From contig CM060732.1 of assembly GCA_030704615.1 (NCBI GenBank), positions 71,300,001-71,364,000 on the forward strand: DNA of 64,000 bases, written 5' to 3'. The DNA is from Takakia lepidozioides. Lineage: Eukaryota > Plantae > Bryophyta. Under the pieces are notes generated by a model. The model made no database searches. It saw nothing but the letters and a program-made list of their open reading frames with translations, and was not told the origin of the DNA. Positions within the stretch are counted from its first letter, which is position 1, and every line of letters begins with the position of its first letter. Shown here in pieces: positions 38,373-52,236 of the stretch. The translations under genes were made by a program, and so were the position numbers.

Positions 38373-39350
38373 CATGGGGATATCGTCAAAGCTGGAAAAT
38401 ACCAAATGTCATTCTAAACACTGCCCTTGCATCTCTGGAAATAGGGAAAGAGATCCATGGCGACATCTTCAGAGCTGGAATTGTACCAACTGTCACTCTG
38501 AACAATACCCTAGTGGACATGTATGCAAAATGCGGGTGCATCGAGGATGCAAAGGGAATGTTTGACACTATGGCTGAACAAGACGTGGCGTCGTGCAAGC
38601 CTGGCAGCCCTAGAGAAGGGCAAAGAGGTGCATGGGGATATCGTCAAAGCTGGAAAATACCAAATGTCATTCTAAACACTGCCCTTGCATCTCTGGAAAT
38701 AGGGAAAGAGATCCATGGCGACATCTTCAGAGCTGGAATTGTACCAGATTTCATTTTGAACAACACCCTGGTGGACATGTTTGCAAAATGTGGGTGCATC
38801 TAGGATGCAAAGGGAGTGTTCAACACTATGGCTGAACAAGATGTGGCGTCGTGCAAGCCTGGCAGCCCTAGGGAAGGGCAAAGAGGTGCATGGGGATATC
38901 GTCAAAGCTGGAAAGTACCAAATGTCATTCTAAACACTGCCCTGGCAGCTCTGGAAATGGGGAAAGAGGTCCATGGCGACATCTTTAGAGCTGGAATTGT
39001 ACCAGATTTCATTTTGAACAACACCCTGGTGGACATGTTTGCAAAATGTGGGTGCATCTAGGATGCAAAGGGAGTGTTCGACACTATGGCTGAACAAGAC
39101 GTGGCGTCGTGCAAGCCTGGCAGCCCTAGAGAAGGGCAAAGAGGTGCATGGGGATATCGTCAAAGCTGGAAAATACCAAATGTCATTCTAAACACTGCCC
39201 TTGCAGCTGTGGAAATAGGGAAAGAGATCCATGGCGACATCTTCAGAGCTGGAATTGTACCAACTGTCACTCTGAACAATACCCTAGTGGACATGTATGC
39301 AAAATGCGGGTGCATCGAGGATGCAAAGGGAATGTTTGACACTATGGCTG
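38371..39350 (+). repeat. PPR-derived 258-bp tandem array, right part (~4 units)
   Basis: ORFs at 38816 and 39074 are 258 bp apart and repeat the 35240 and 35498 ORFs (offset 3576). Confidence 0.9.
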
Positions 39351-40339
39351 ATTTTGCAGGAGTCTAGTTAGTTACCAACACAAGTGTGACAGCAAAGGAT
39401 GACAATCTGGCTGTTTGTGTGAGAGAGATGGAATAGAGGAAGAGGAGATGGATAGAGGAAGGTGAGAGATTTGTAAGTTTCTTTTGACGATGATACAAGG
39501 GTTCAACTCAAACAGATATAAGCTCGTTGGGTGGATCTGTGGTGGTTAGGAGTGACTTTGACAAGTTACTGCCGATGTGGCAGCAAGAAAGTATCCAAAA
39601 ATAGATAACATAGATGAGGAGAAGCTCGTTGGTGAATCTCTGGTGGTTTTGGAGTGATTTTGACATGTTACTGTAGGCAGGGTTAGGGCGACAGTGTCAG
39701 CTGCTAGTTGCAGCAAGGCTGAAGATGTATTCACGATTTGTACACAGGCATGGATAGTTGAAGGAGTGCAGGGATAGATTGTGGGTCCAGATTCATCTAA
39801 GAGGCCCGGATTTAAAGCTCCAGATTACCTATGATTCCTTGTGGAGGATAGCTATAAGAAACAGATGGTCAACTGGAAGCTGCCGCAACAACGACACAAT
39901 GGATAAAATCAGGCACTGCTATTGAAGGCACCTTCTTCAACACATTTCACCCTGTTTTTCCTTCTTATCAGAATTGGCCCTATATTTCCATGTTGAATTC
40001 TGCAAGTTAGCTGGTTGAGTGAATCTTGTTTGGAATGACTCTGACATGATACTGCCAATGTGACAACAGGAAAGTATCCAAAAACAGGTAACAGATATGA
40101 GGAGAAGCTGTGGGATAAATATTCTGTTGACCCCAGTAAATGGTGGGACAACTGAGGCAAAAAGGTGAATGCCTGTCAGATTACAGAGAGTAGCAGATGC
40201 AATTGACCATAGGAACTAGTATGATTAGTTGAGTTGGGTGCAATTACTCTCCCTTTCCTCTCTGCTTCTGTTTGTTATTCAAAGGTAGGATCCCTGCCCT
40301 GAGTTTATATTAAATCAATCTGGTGAGCAACTGTTGTGC

Positions 40340-40600
40340 GAAGGGTGAAGCCCAACCACATCACGTTTGTTTGTGTTTGCAATGCATGTGCAAGGCTGGG
40401 AGCTCTAGAAAAGGGGAAAGAGGTCCATGGTGACATCGTCAAAGCTGGATTTGTACCAGATGTCATTCTGAGCCCTGCCCTGGTGGACATGTATGCCAAA
40501 TGTGGGTGCATTGAGGATGCCAAGGTAGTGTTCAACACTATGGCTGAACGAGAAGTGGTGTCGTGGAACGCGATGCTTGCAGGGTGTGCAGAGCAGGAGC
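40340..40600 (+). pseudogene. Isolated PLS PPR fragment
   Basis: KPNHITFVCVCNACARLGALEKGKEVH...ALVDMYAKCG...VVSWNAML. Confidence 0.85.
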
Positions 40601-41859
40601 GCGGGATGAGGTTTTGGAGATCTGAAAGCAAATGATGGGGGAAGGGGTGAAGCTCGACGATGAGCAATAGACAAGAATGAGCAAGTCAGAGTGGCAGTGG
40701 GATGGATGGCAGCTTGGGTGGTTGGGACAATGCAGTTGGGTAGTCTTGCGCCTAAAGAGTCGCAGTACTTGTAACCAACAGTGAGCGTCTACAGAGTGCT
40801 AGATCCCGTCATCTATATATATGCCATGGTGTTTTGAAATGTGGGAAGTTGGATGTAGTCTGATGGGAGGACTAAAATTGGTTCACTTGAAAGTCTAGGC
40901 AAGTCATTGGATCAATTCACAGAAAACACCAGCATGAACTTGGGCTTTGTCACGCCTATTTTCATTTCAGGTTGATCGAAGCTTGCGGAATGGAGACATC
41001 AGTCGTGGCGTCATTTCCATGCATAAAGTACAACCATTCAACCTTTGCTTCGAAGGAAGACGCACAGTAAGCATCACGACCTCAGCTGTTCCTCTTTCTC
41101 TCATCCCTCCTCCATAGCTACGTGATATTAGAAATAGCGTTCCTGTAATCCCTGGTGGTTATATTGGGAGCCAATGCCCCTTACGCGGAACATTTTCTTT
41201 GATCAGCCAACAGTTGTGTTTGTTGTGCTGCTAAGTACTTTAAGTTCTCAAATGTACAGGGTAACTCGGGGCTTCCTTATTGATAAAAGCTTCGTGATAC
41301 TTGAGAGAGAATCTGTGTAAGTGCCATAAGAATGGGCAGTCAGACAGTTTGGGGCAGGAGAGGGCTATCATGAATTAAGTGTAGTGAGCTCTCATCCAAC
41401 AGTACTGGCATTTGCTGGTGTTAGCTGCAGTTCAGTGAAGAATTTCATGCTACTGTTCCCTACCTGCAATTTTCCATTTTGCACACATCGAGTTTGTGTA
41501 ATGGTGCTTAGACATATTCTTAGCGATGTTAGTTTGTTTCACATATGTCAAAGTGGTTGTTGCTATATTGCCTGAAAGCTTGCTCATGTATCTTCTGCCG
41601 TTTTCGGGCTGGATGGCAGTTGAAGGTGGGTGACCAAGTCCGGCCAAGCCAGTGTATGCATCTTCTGCTCAGGCATTTGGAAGTCTACTTAAACTTTGCA
41701 GTTTTGTGCATTTTTGTAGCAGCACCGGATTAGATTATGGAACGGATCTCTTAACATTAAGTCACGTTGTATTTGAATCAATGTTCCAATTTCTAATGTG
41801 CTTTTATGTTTCAATGGTTTTTTCGTATGCTTTCAATGGTGCTTTCGTGTTTCAATGCT

Positions 41860-42531
41860 ACGGTCATGTACACGACTACCTCCCATCCACAACCACCACG
41901 TGCCACTTTCACCCCTCGTGTTCGCCCATACTCGTGCCACGTGCAGTATCCAGAGTGCGCCCTGGAAGTCATATGTTCCAGTCATAATGACCATCCCACC
42001 CCCATCCTGCATAATTTGACTCCACGTGTGGACCTGGGATTAAACGTCCGAAGTCATATATGCCAGTCACGAAAGACCCTCCCGCTCCATATTGTCATGC
42101 CACGTGTCATGCCACGTGTCATGTCCAGTCTAATCCACGTGTTGTCATGGGGTTAATCTGCGGAAGTCACCCTGTCACGCCACGTGTCGTTCCTGGTATT
42201 CTCCACCTGCTGTCCTGGGGTTAATCCGCAGAAGTCGTATATGCCAGTCGTGAAGACCCTGTCGCCTTCCCATTGACGTGACACGTGGCATATCCTTTCC
42301 GTTAGCTGACATGGATTCGTAGTCATTTACTATGGTCTTATCAATGACTATGATTAGGCGTCCCCGTTGCCACGTCAATAGTGAGCTCCACGACTGGCAG
42401 ATACGACTCTATGGCGCTTACGACTCATTTATCACAACTGACTGGGTTTATCTGACTGGGCAGTCATGCAGTCATAAAAGGCTGATACGACTGGAAAATA
42501 GTAGACGTAAAAGCCGGAATCTGTTGTAGTG
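41860..42531. mobile_element. Right end of a CACTA (En/Spm) element with subterminal repeats
   Basis: Ends ...ctgttGTAGTG at 42531 (reverse complement of CACTACAA). Preceded by many gccacgtg, cagtcat and gactgg repeats. Left end not found. Confidence 0.6.
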
Positions 42532-42539
42532 TGATCTCA

Positions 42540-43520
42540 TGAATTCCAAGTAAATGAATGGAAGTACACTATGTGCCACCACTTGTGGTACTCACAAGTT
42601 TGTACATTGTAGTGCCCCGTATGTAATTGGTCTTGGACATTCACTTCCCTTATGTGTTCATTATAGTAGTGTTTTAGAATATGGGAGGTGGGAATAAAAC
42701 AATCTTGCACTAACAAATCAATTGTCATCAACAAAGCTCACAGTAGTAGTTCAAAGCATTTGATCTTGTCATACGATGCCGAAGCCACAATCTTCCCTGA
42801 ACTGTGCATTCTTCACTACAACCAGTCTATCAGTAGTATTGCTTTATAAATCTAGGCAGTTTGCACGTGATCCCACACAGATGGTTTTGACCGTGTCAAT
42901 AGCATAAATGCCCTTGCCAGCCAAGTCATAGAGTAGAACAAAGCTAGAAAAATAGTTATCCACACCTATAATGTGTCCATTACCTTTGGATCCAAAAAGT
43001 ATCAAGTAATCCATTCTGTGGGTCAAGTCCACAACTTTTGTCTTTTCCAAGTAGACTTGTATCTTCATAACAATATACCTAGAAGGTATTTGGCCAAACA
43101 TCATATTTCAATGCCCCATTAGACAGGTTTATGCGCCAAATATTGTTTGGGTTCTACTATACTTAATTTCCATCATCTCATCCACGTAACGGTTTTGTTC
43201 AAATTGGTAGAATTTGGCATATAAGGAATTATGTGCATCTATCAACCAATGTGTCTTTAGCAAGTTTGTCAAAATAACCAAATTGTCCGTTGTCCACCAC
43301 AACGATCCCAACAGCCGCCTGTTAGGGAATTTTTTTCAGACCCATTAGGACATGGATATTCAACTATGCCCTCAATTCCCTCACCATCAAAGGATACCAG
43401 GGTGCAGTTCTTTGCCCCCTTCCGTCTTCCCCTAGAGTTTAGAGTCTTAATAGAGCATATATGGGTTTGTCATCATCAAATTCGCCACATATAAGCATCG
43501 GCTGAAACAAATTGAAAAAA
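42540..43520 (-). pseudogene. piggyBac-like transposase remnant
   Basis: Minus-strand pieces in the expected order: VDEMM, GHIIGVDNYFSSFVLLYDL..KGIYAIDTVK, YYNEHIREVNVQDQL..Y....HKWW. These correspond to the piggyBac DE, DNxFxS and YN..MGGVD..DQ motifs. Confidence 0.7.
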
Positions 43521-43874
43521 TCCATAGGCTTGACATTACCACCCAAGGGAATTATCCCTCCATATTACATCATGCACTTATGATACGCCGAATGTCCCAT
43601 GTCATTTCTAAACAAAGCAAATGTTCGCCAATTGTGCTAGAGTCTTTAGGAAATGAGTACAGACCTCATCCACCACATTTATGATGGAAGTATGACACAA
43701 TAATTGAACGAACCTGGGACATTATTCTGGAAACGAAATCTACCTCATATCATTTTTCAGTGATATTAGAAGTGTACAATCTATAAATTTTAAATTATAT
43801 TGTTGATCATGTATTAGATATAGAAGTTAAATTTCCCTACCTTTTGGAGGATATATTAGCCGGGGTAGATTATT

Positions 43875-46419
43875 TTGGGGTTGTGTCTATGCAATTGCGC
43901 GTCTCCTTGTGCTATCAGGTGCTTTCATTGGGGTGTTTCTCGTTGTTTCTTGATCGCTCGTTCTGCATACTTTTTTCTGGTTAGAGTTTGGCTAGAATTT
44001 GGTGAGAGCTGCTCCTTGATTGTGAGTGCTGCTATGGCCTTCCCTGGTGATGTTATGGTTTGGAAGGGAAGAAGAGGGTCGTTTCCTAGGGGGAGAGGGA
44101 GAGGCCGTAGTTGGAGCTTGCAATACGGATCCTCGGAGGACACTTCTTCCTCCTTCCCTTCCTTGTTAGGGAGGGGGCCTTTCCACATTGCGTCTCGCGA
44201 TGTGAGTGAAACCCTGTCTTTCCCAGAAAGCCCATCTCGGGGTTTGGGTAAGTAGAATTCCAGAGTCCATGTTGTAGTTGGCAAACAAAGGTTGCCGCAA
44301 GCATTCTTGCTTGTTTGCTGGCATTCTTTGTGTGAGATTGCCTCTCATGCAATGCCATGCTTTCCAGATGGATTGCCAGGGTCTGGAGCCCAATGAGACT
44401 GCGGCGTTTCTGCTAACTATCCATCTTAGTAATTGAGCCCAGAGATGAGAGGTTGTGGGTAGGGACCCCATCAAGTAAGGTTGAATGAGTTTTGCTCCAT
44501 GGCGCATCCCTGTGTGTTATTGCCCTTGGAGTATTGCATTTTGCTCAGCAAGGCCTTGATCTGAGCAGTAGAGGGTAAATGCACTATGCCTAGCCCCTTG
44601 TATTTTCTCTGACACAACTGCTCCCAGGAGAGCAACGCTTGTCATAGTGCTGCCGTAGTGGCCACCCATATGAGTGTCGTAAGAGGTTACGTAAGAGGGC
44701 TTTCTTTGACCATGGACTTGTCTGGATCCCACACCGCCGTGAAGTACCAGATAGAGTTAATTGCCAATATGCGGTTGGATGGTCAGTTCATGAGTGAGGC
44801 AATGGTGTTGGTGCTGGAATGTCTGAGGAGAGTAGATGAGAGGGAGAGGCCGGGCCTGGGGAACATCATACTTGCCAATGTGCCTCAATATATGAGCCCC
44901 TGGCTAGATGAGAGGATGACACACACATTGCTTGCTTGGATGGCATCTTCACAAGGGAATCACATCTCGCTCATTTGCTTGTTTTTGTCATCTACAGAAC
45001 TGGTGGTGTCTGGTCTAAGGTTTCTTGCTGACCAGGAAGGGCATCTAACATATTCAGAAAGAGTGGAGATGAATCGGTCTTCGCTGTTCCATATCAGGGT
45101 GCTGGACAGCCTCGGAAATCCCAGCCCCATGCTTCCTCCGGGTTTGGAAGCTCAATGGGCTCGACAAGAAACTCTAACCTGGTTCCTCAAATGCCCCTTG
45201 ACTGATATGCAATTTGACCCGGCGGAGTGGAGGTGGATGGATAAGAAAAAAACACCATTTTTTTCCTACTCTGTCAAGAAAAGTTATGCTCTCATCAACC
45301 CCTCGCGCTCATTCAAAAACAGGTGGTCCAGCAAATGGGGGAGCCTGCAACTTGGCCAGAACACATGGAACAACATCTGGAAAGACATATGGAGGAAGGA
45401 CAGACCATCCAAGCTATCAGGTTTCCTTTGGAAGCTCGCACATAGGATTCTCCCTGTCAGACAGAAGACACATGAGGATGATCCAACATGCATCTCTGTC
45501 ATGCAAACCCAGAATCTATTGAACACTGCTTACTGCTCTACAATATGTCAAACAGAATGTGGAGTTTGGTCATCAGTTTCTACTCTCATTGGGACATCTT
45601 TCCAAACCCTCCTCCCCAATCTTTGCTTCTGCTTAATTTTCTACCTGGCCAGCCAAAAAGTGTCTGTCCAGTTTGGGCAGCTCTTAGAGCTCTTACGTTA
45701 TGGAATTTGTGGAAAAGCATATGTGCTTGGGTTTTCGAGGGGAAACCCCCCAGAGGCAGATCAATATTATTTCATACTTACCATGACCTGCTTACTGAGG
45801 GGAGGAAAACATGGTTTACTGTCTGTGAAGCTCTTCCCAAAACTTCGGAGCAACGGGGGCGGAAGCTGCTTCAAGACTTCTATGATTCATGGGGAAAAAG
45901 CAACGTGCTCAGCTCCGGTGTTTCCAACACTCGCTTTACCTGGCAACAATCCATCCCCCCGCAATGGGAGGTCCCCTGGTGACGGGGAGGAATCAGAATT
46001 CAATTGGCGTCATAAGCGAGCTAGAGACACTAAATCCAGAACTCAGCTCAAGTTCTGATTTTAATACCTGCAGCTCTGCTTTGAGGCCTCACCTCCCTCA
46101 CCTCCTTCGCAGCTTCGATTCTCCACGATTTATGCTTTAGAATGCTGCTTTAGTGTCCATCTTTATAAACCTTGCATAAAGGGCCCCTCTCTCCTTCTTG
46201 GTTCCATATTGTTTTTGGACTGCCTGGACTTTCCCCTTACTGTTCCTTTTCTGCACCTCTCTCTCCCCTTCTGCTTAGCAGGTTCGCTAGGGTAACGGGG
46301 AAGTTCCCCCTCTGTTAGCCTCCACAGCCTCCCTAGGGGTTATTTTTTCCACCTTTTAAACCTTTGTTTAATTTAATTTGATTAAAAGGCCTTTGTCCTT
46401 TTCTTATTAAAATAAAAAA
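43875..46419 (+). mobile_element. Truncated L1-clade LINE with zf-RVT, an inverted internal segment and an A-rich tail
   Basis: zf-RVT WKDIW...FLWKLAHRILPV...CHLCHANPESIEHCLL (~45370-45535). Post-RT motif 'PWQSIWKAW...QPLFAN' on the minus strand (~44230-44660). A-rich tail ~46405-46419. Left boundary uncertain. Confidence 0.7.
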
Positions 46420-46819
46420 GTATAAATAATAGACAATAACTTCAAGTTGCAATGTTATTGTCATTTCTGCAGGGATTCACCGTTCCTAAGAAGTTCCCTA
46501 ACATGATTGTTCGGTTATTAGTTGAGCCTCAGAAATACATCAGATATTGGGAGAAAAATGGTTTAAATATGTATAATCAGTAGTTGGGATCTATGATAGT
46601 TCATTCAACAGATCTAGTATATCACCACCTGGGCTCTATTTTTTTTTTTGTTTCTGAAAATTTTAATGAAAGAGCAGCACTAGGAAGTGACAGTTCAAAT
46701 CAGGGCCCTTTAACACAACGAGAGGAGTAAATAGCTCTTTCAAATAATCTTGCTGTGATGCTCATGGGACACTGCCTAAGAGAAAGGGGGGGAGAAATAA
46801 TACCTCACAAAACTAGGTA

Positions 46820-46880
46820 GCAGAAGTTGATCCCGCAATCACCTGTATATTATTCAACGCACTCTCCAACTGAGCCACCT
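46820..46880 (-). other. Possible tRNA-derived SINE head
   Basis: Minus strand reads gtggctcagttgg (A-box-like) ... gggatcaacttc (B-box-like) at tRNA-like spacing. No complete cloverleaf. Confidence 0.3.
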
Positions 46881-49800
46881 ACTGGTGAAAGGAGAATTTT
46901 CTAAGCACAAACGTCTTTGAACAGGTCCTTGACAGACACTAAGCTGCTGATCAGCACCAGAATTGTCATAACATCAGGCAGAGTTGTAGTTACTCAGAAC
47001 AACTATTACTGAGATTTGCTGAGCCTGTTCTCCCACTGTTTTCCCAAGAAAGTGATATTTAGCTCCTGCCACACTGCATAGCTAGCTGTCTGCTCCACGC
47101 ACTCCAATCCGGAGACCCTCCCTTGCGAAAAGCAATTACGCAGTTGTATAAACAAGTTCGTCACGTCAGGCCCCATGTGCTTCATGTTTGATGCGAGTGT
47201 GACGCATTGCCTACAATCCATCTATCCTCAACAGCATTCATCCATAAGGTATATTCTCTCTAGATGCCAAAAGGTCTCTGAAGGCCCGATAAGATATCGA
47301 CGAATTAAATTTGTCATTTGGTATTCGTATGCATCATAAATGCGGTATGAAGGTTGTAACGGTATTATACCCTCGTCGAGGCGCCAATGTACCGTTGCTG
47401 TGGATAGTCACCTACGTATATTGGCTGGATATCTACGATGTGTGTAACGATAATACTATATGTATAGAGAGGGTATTCAGTTTGACCGTAGGCTGGCAGC
47501 CCGTTGAAATCGTGTCAGGCGCTCAGGCTAGCCACGGACTCCATCCGACGGCCGAGATATCGGAGTACGTATTTACAGAGAGTTAATTACAGTTATTAAT
47601 CACGAAATTATCGTATTAAATTTAAGCATGCGACTCCTGTCGCTACGACCTGCGCTGTAACGGCTACCGCGGTCATAGGCTTGGCTACGGTGTAGGCCGT
47701 GGATGGACGAATACACGATCTCATCCACAAGATACGCTTCGGAAGTGATCTTTTTGGCCTCTATGTAATTATTCAAAATATGCTATTGACTGATTAATGC
47801 TAGAGGAGGTTTGGGTCACTGCAATGCAGCGATTTTTTTTGTAAATTTAAAAAAACAGCACGAGTGGTTATTAAGTTTTACAAGAAATAGCTATATATTC
47901 GGTTCATCCATTGAAATTCGGATAGAATCATCCTCATATGTACTTTCATCCATTTATATCATCCATATTTGGCGGATTCATCCATTATTATTTTTTCTTT
48001 GGAGAAGTTTGGCGATTCATCCATGAAAAATCGGGAATTTATGACAGAATGTTCCATGCGATTTTTCGCCAAAGAAAAAAACACTTTGGGTGTGACCAGG
48101 GTTTCATAATCCAATATCAAAAGCCTCCGGTCACTCCTTTCGCAACTTCGTACTCCTCTAGTACTCCACATTTTGTCGTCCGTAAACTCAATTTTCGCCC
48201 ACGAGAGACCCCCAACCCTCCCCTAGCATGGCTCCTCCCAGCCGTTACCTAGTCCCTAACCTGTGTATTACGAAGAATTCTGTTATCAAAGGGACCCCTT
48301 TATTTGATGGATTGATTGATGGACGACGGTGTGCTTGAGGATCATTATACGGTGGACCCAAGGACTCATGGCTCAATAATGTGGGATGGGGATACAAAAT
48401 ATGGCCCACATTCTTTCCATATAAGGGACTAGATTCTGATGGATGAATAACAAGGACATATATCTGTTGTCTATGTTTGCAAGCACCTAGATTTGCAATG
48501 ATGGAGGGCCCACTTTGCAAACATTCAATCAATCAATCAATCAAAGAAAGAACGCATGCATGGGAATGGGCCCATATTATGAACGGAAAAGTTCATTCTC
48601 TAGAAGACAGCGACGGCCCTTGTCATCTTATTAGAGCAAGGCCCATAGCGCCTACAAAGAAAATGGGTATACCACCCCATTTTGTTTCTATGTTCGAAAA
48701 GACAAACGACCTTTCTCTAAAAGAATTTAAAAAAAAAAAAGACCCAAAAATCACAAATTCTCTTCATACTAATTAGTAATCACTTTCATCCCATTGCCTA
48801 ACCAAACCTAAACTGCCTTGGTTTGCGTGCCTAACCCATAAAATAAAATTTGGGAGACTAGGGTTTTGATTTGAGTAAAAGGGGCTCTTAGGCTGTCCGA
48901 TCCCCTTTGAAGTTTCAAAAACAAAACAAAAAACAAAAAGGTAATAACTTGGTCAAATTTTTTAAGGAAATGGGCTGGACACGAGCCTCCCTGACAAAAC
49001 TCATCCCTAAATGACCACAACTTTTTGGAAATAATTGCTATGTCGTGTACTGTACCTCAAATATATCCACATCGTTATCCGTGCTAATAACTGAGAAATC
49101 TCCTCACAAAATTATTACTTCTACTTCTTAGCCGCCTTCCAATCTAGTCATCAATCAATGAACCCTAGTCCTCAAACGATTAGAGGAAATGTCGATAATT
49201 TCAGTACCTTGGCTTTCTATATTACAAGGTAAGTCCTGCCCAAGCCTGTGTTTTCCCGTAGGGCAGGATTCCAAAAGATGGGGCAGGAACTTAAAAATTC
49301 GGCTGAATAAGACAAATCCTAACAACAGTCAGTAGCTCAGATGATTCTGGGGTCGAATCCTGCTACCTCGACGGGTGTGGCATGCTCTTCTCCCCCTGCC
49401 TTCGCTTGGGCGGTGTCCCATGCGAAAGACTTCACGGCGAGGTTACAGTGAAAGAGGTTATTTTCTCCTCTATAATTGCGGGGCCTGTTTTGTGAGCTGT
49501 CGCTCCCAGGTGTTTCCCTTAAAAAAAGAAAAAAAGAAAAAAATTCTGCCAATGCCCGAATGTGATATTCTATGGTGGTATTCCGGACAGGGTACTTTAT
49601 GATATTTTCTTCTTACAACACATGCAAGCGAGAAAAAGCCCTTTCCTAAGAAGAAAAATGTCTCTCCGCAAATTGGTATCCCACAAAGTGAATTGATAAA
49701 TTGGTAGCCCACAAAGTAGAAGTGGGACTTCTCTGTCCCCTGTTCCTACAAAAAAGAAAAAAGAAAAAGAAGTGGGACATCAATGAAGAAGGGTCACAAT

Positions 49801-50102
49801 TCCTTGTAACGGTCGGGGTCATTTAGGGATATTTTTGGAGTGATTGAATAAAGACACCACAAAATGCTTTATGGGACGGTCAACGTTGCTCTTATCCATG
49901 CACCCGAGTAGGTACTCATCACAAGGAGGGGACCCAAAATGATTAGAGTTGTATGGGGGGGTGTGGGGGACCCACAGAAACAAACCAAAAAAAAAAAACA
50001 GAGTCCTGAAGTAATCTAATTTAGCCCAACAATCAAGAAAATATATCGAAAACAATATCCATAGAACATGAAGAAATTAATTTTAATTTACTAAATTAGG
50101 CT

Positions 50103-50169
50103 AAACCCTAACCGGTTCCCCGACCCGCCTCCTTCTGCTGCGTCGCCATACAAATTTCCGCCACGTGTC
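50103..50169 (+). promoter_or_regulatory. Telo-box and G-box at the likely IQD promoter
   Basis: AAACCCTAA (50103-50111) and GCCACGTG (50160-50167) at an AT-rich to GC-rich transition upstream of the IQD 5' region. Confidence 0.35.
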
Positions 50170-52236
50170 GCCACTGCGCCGGAAGGAATGAGCTACAGTC
50201 GGCGGGCATAGGGATGCGCGTAACGAGCGCGGTAATAGGGAGGCCTACCGGACGCACAGTAGATGTAGGGACAGGCGCTGCAGTGCGCGAGCTATGGTGT
50301 CCCGCAGCTCGCAGCAGGCCCACGCTTTTATCCTTGCGCATTGTCCTCTTCTGCTCCTCCTTTGCCTTTTGAGGGAGGCACTGAGCAGAAATCACTCTGA
50401 ACTATGCGGTAGCGGGGCGGATCCGCTGCTGGAAGTCCATCTTCATCCTTTCGTGTTCAATTATTCTGTCTTTTATCTTGCTTTCATCCTGTCGCTTTTG
50501 CTAATCTTGTTCCTGGTTTTGAGGTTCGAGCAATCCCTCCTGAGCAGAACATAGCAGTATCTGGTTCCAAAATCTGTGTACAATCTCTTGTATTATGTTC
50601 GCATAGGCCTGTTCTGCTGTTTCTATTGCTTCCTCTTTCGCTTGAAGGCATCCGCATTTTGTTCTTCTCCATGCGCCATTGAGCTTCCATTGCAGCGGCA
50701 TCTCACTGCATTCTGCTCCCTTTATGTTCGACATCCGGTCTCTCTGCTCCCGAGGGATTATCTGATACGATTCACTCGGTAGCGCATCTTACTGCCGGCG
50801 GCATATCGTGGTACAAGGAACGATCGTGACTTTCCTCTGCGGGGGACAGTCACTTCCTCGAATCCAGTACTATTCCAAATGTGAGTGTTCCAGGCTCTCT
50901 CATTCTCAATGACTAATTTGTCGGCCACTGCCTTTGCTCTGAGTGGATGCCAACATGTCTGCTGCATTTTCCTACTTTCCCCTTTGCTCTGTATCGTACT
51001 ATTTTCTGTCCTTCTCTTTCGTATGCAGTTTGGTACCTTGCAGCTCTGTTCTGATTATATATAATATTACCACCTATGTGAGAGCTGCATTGATACTGTT
51101 CTCTTTCAAGTTCATTGTGCTCGGCTTACATGGTTACAAGAAGAACCATGACCCATCAGCATTTTCAGCGACTCCGAAACACTTCGTCCTTTTGTGAATA
51201 GGTGTCGTTCTGACTCCATTGAGGGAGCTTCATGCCGTTTTGTTGCCCAACCACAAATGTGAGGTCCCAGAGATGGAAGTATGGGGATCATACAGGTTGG
51301 AGTTTGCTGGTATTTGTTATATAATGTCAACATGCGACATTGTCACAGACCGGAATAGAGACAATGAGTGAGACATATGGATATCCAGTACTGACTGAGG
51401 TATAAGTTCCGAGTAATTTGATAAGCTATCCGGCAATGGGATCTGGGTCATACGTGCGATGAAATATATGAAACGGATTAACTGGAACAGTTACCCTATA
51501 GAGCCCTGCTTGAATGGGTTTACCTCAGAAGTAGTGTCCTCGGAATAAAGAAACGCCCAAACTTGACGCTTGAGGCTGAAACTTTGTTGCCGACCGGCTG
51601 TGGCATTTAACAGTCAGGTCCACGGAAGCTGTTAAATGTTGGCCCAATGGTTTTTTTCCGTTTTGGCAGAGTATTTCATTTGTCATGATCGTCAGTCATT
51701 TCTTCAGTGAATTAGATCTGTCTCGGAAGCAGGTGGAATGACCAGCCTCGAGTAGTGTGCAATACAATAGTAGAAAGCTGAGCTCTATATCTTATGGACA
51801 GCAATAAATGTGAATATCAACTGGTAAGAGTTAGATGGTAGAAGATCTTCAAATTGGGGATTATATCACTCTACTCAAAACATCATCATTCAAACTTTCC
51901 TCAATTTGTAAGCCATTGCTTTTGGAATGGAGAGAGTTTTGTCTTTGCCTGCATGAACTTGCCAAAGCAATGGAAAGTGTCATGTTGGAAAATGAATGGA
52001 GCAAACTGTCGGCTGCTTTGAGACTTATTTGACTGCCAATCAAAGAGGCGATGTTAGCCTTTTAATTGATTTCTCAACCAGTCTGTGTAAAAAGTACCTT
52101 TTGACTGTTTCTCAGTGCACATTGACATAATGTACTGGTGTTGTTCTCTTTTAGTTGATTGCTACTGTTTGAGGGGTTTGGAGGATGTTCAGGTCCTTGA
52201 AGCTTGGGTAAGAGTTGGAGGCGCAAACATTCTACC

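Noticed and set aside
42814-42821. Second CACTA terminus (cactacaa)
   Set aside because: It lies inside the piggyBac-like coding relic, is on the wrong side of the 42531 end to pair with it, and has no subterminal repeats.
49330-49375. tRNA gene (agtagctcag...gggtcgaatcc)
   Set aside because: The A- and B-box-like motifs are too close together and there is no anticodon arm; at most a SINE or tRNA relic. The similar motif near 13400-13460 was rejected for the same lack of a cloverleaf.
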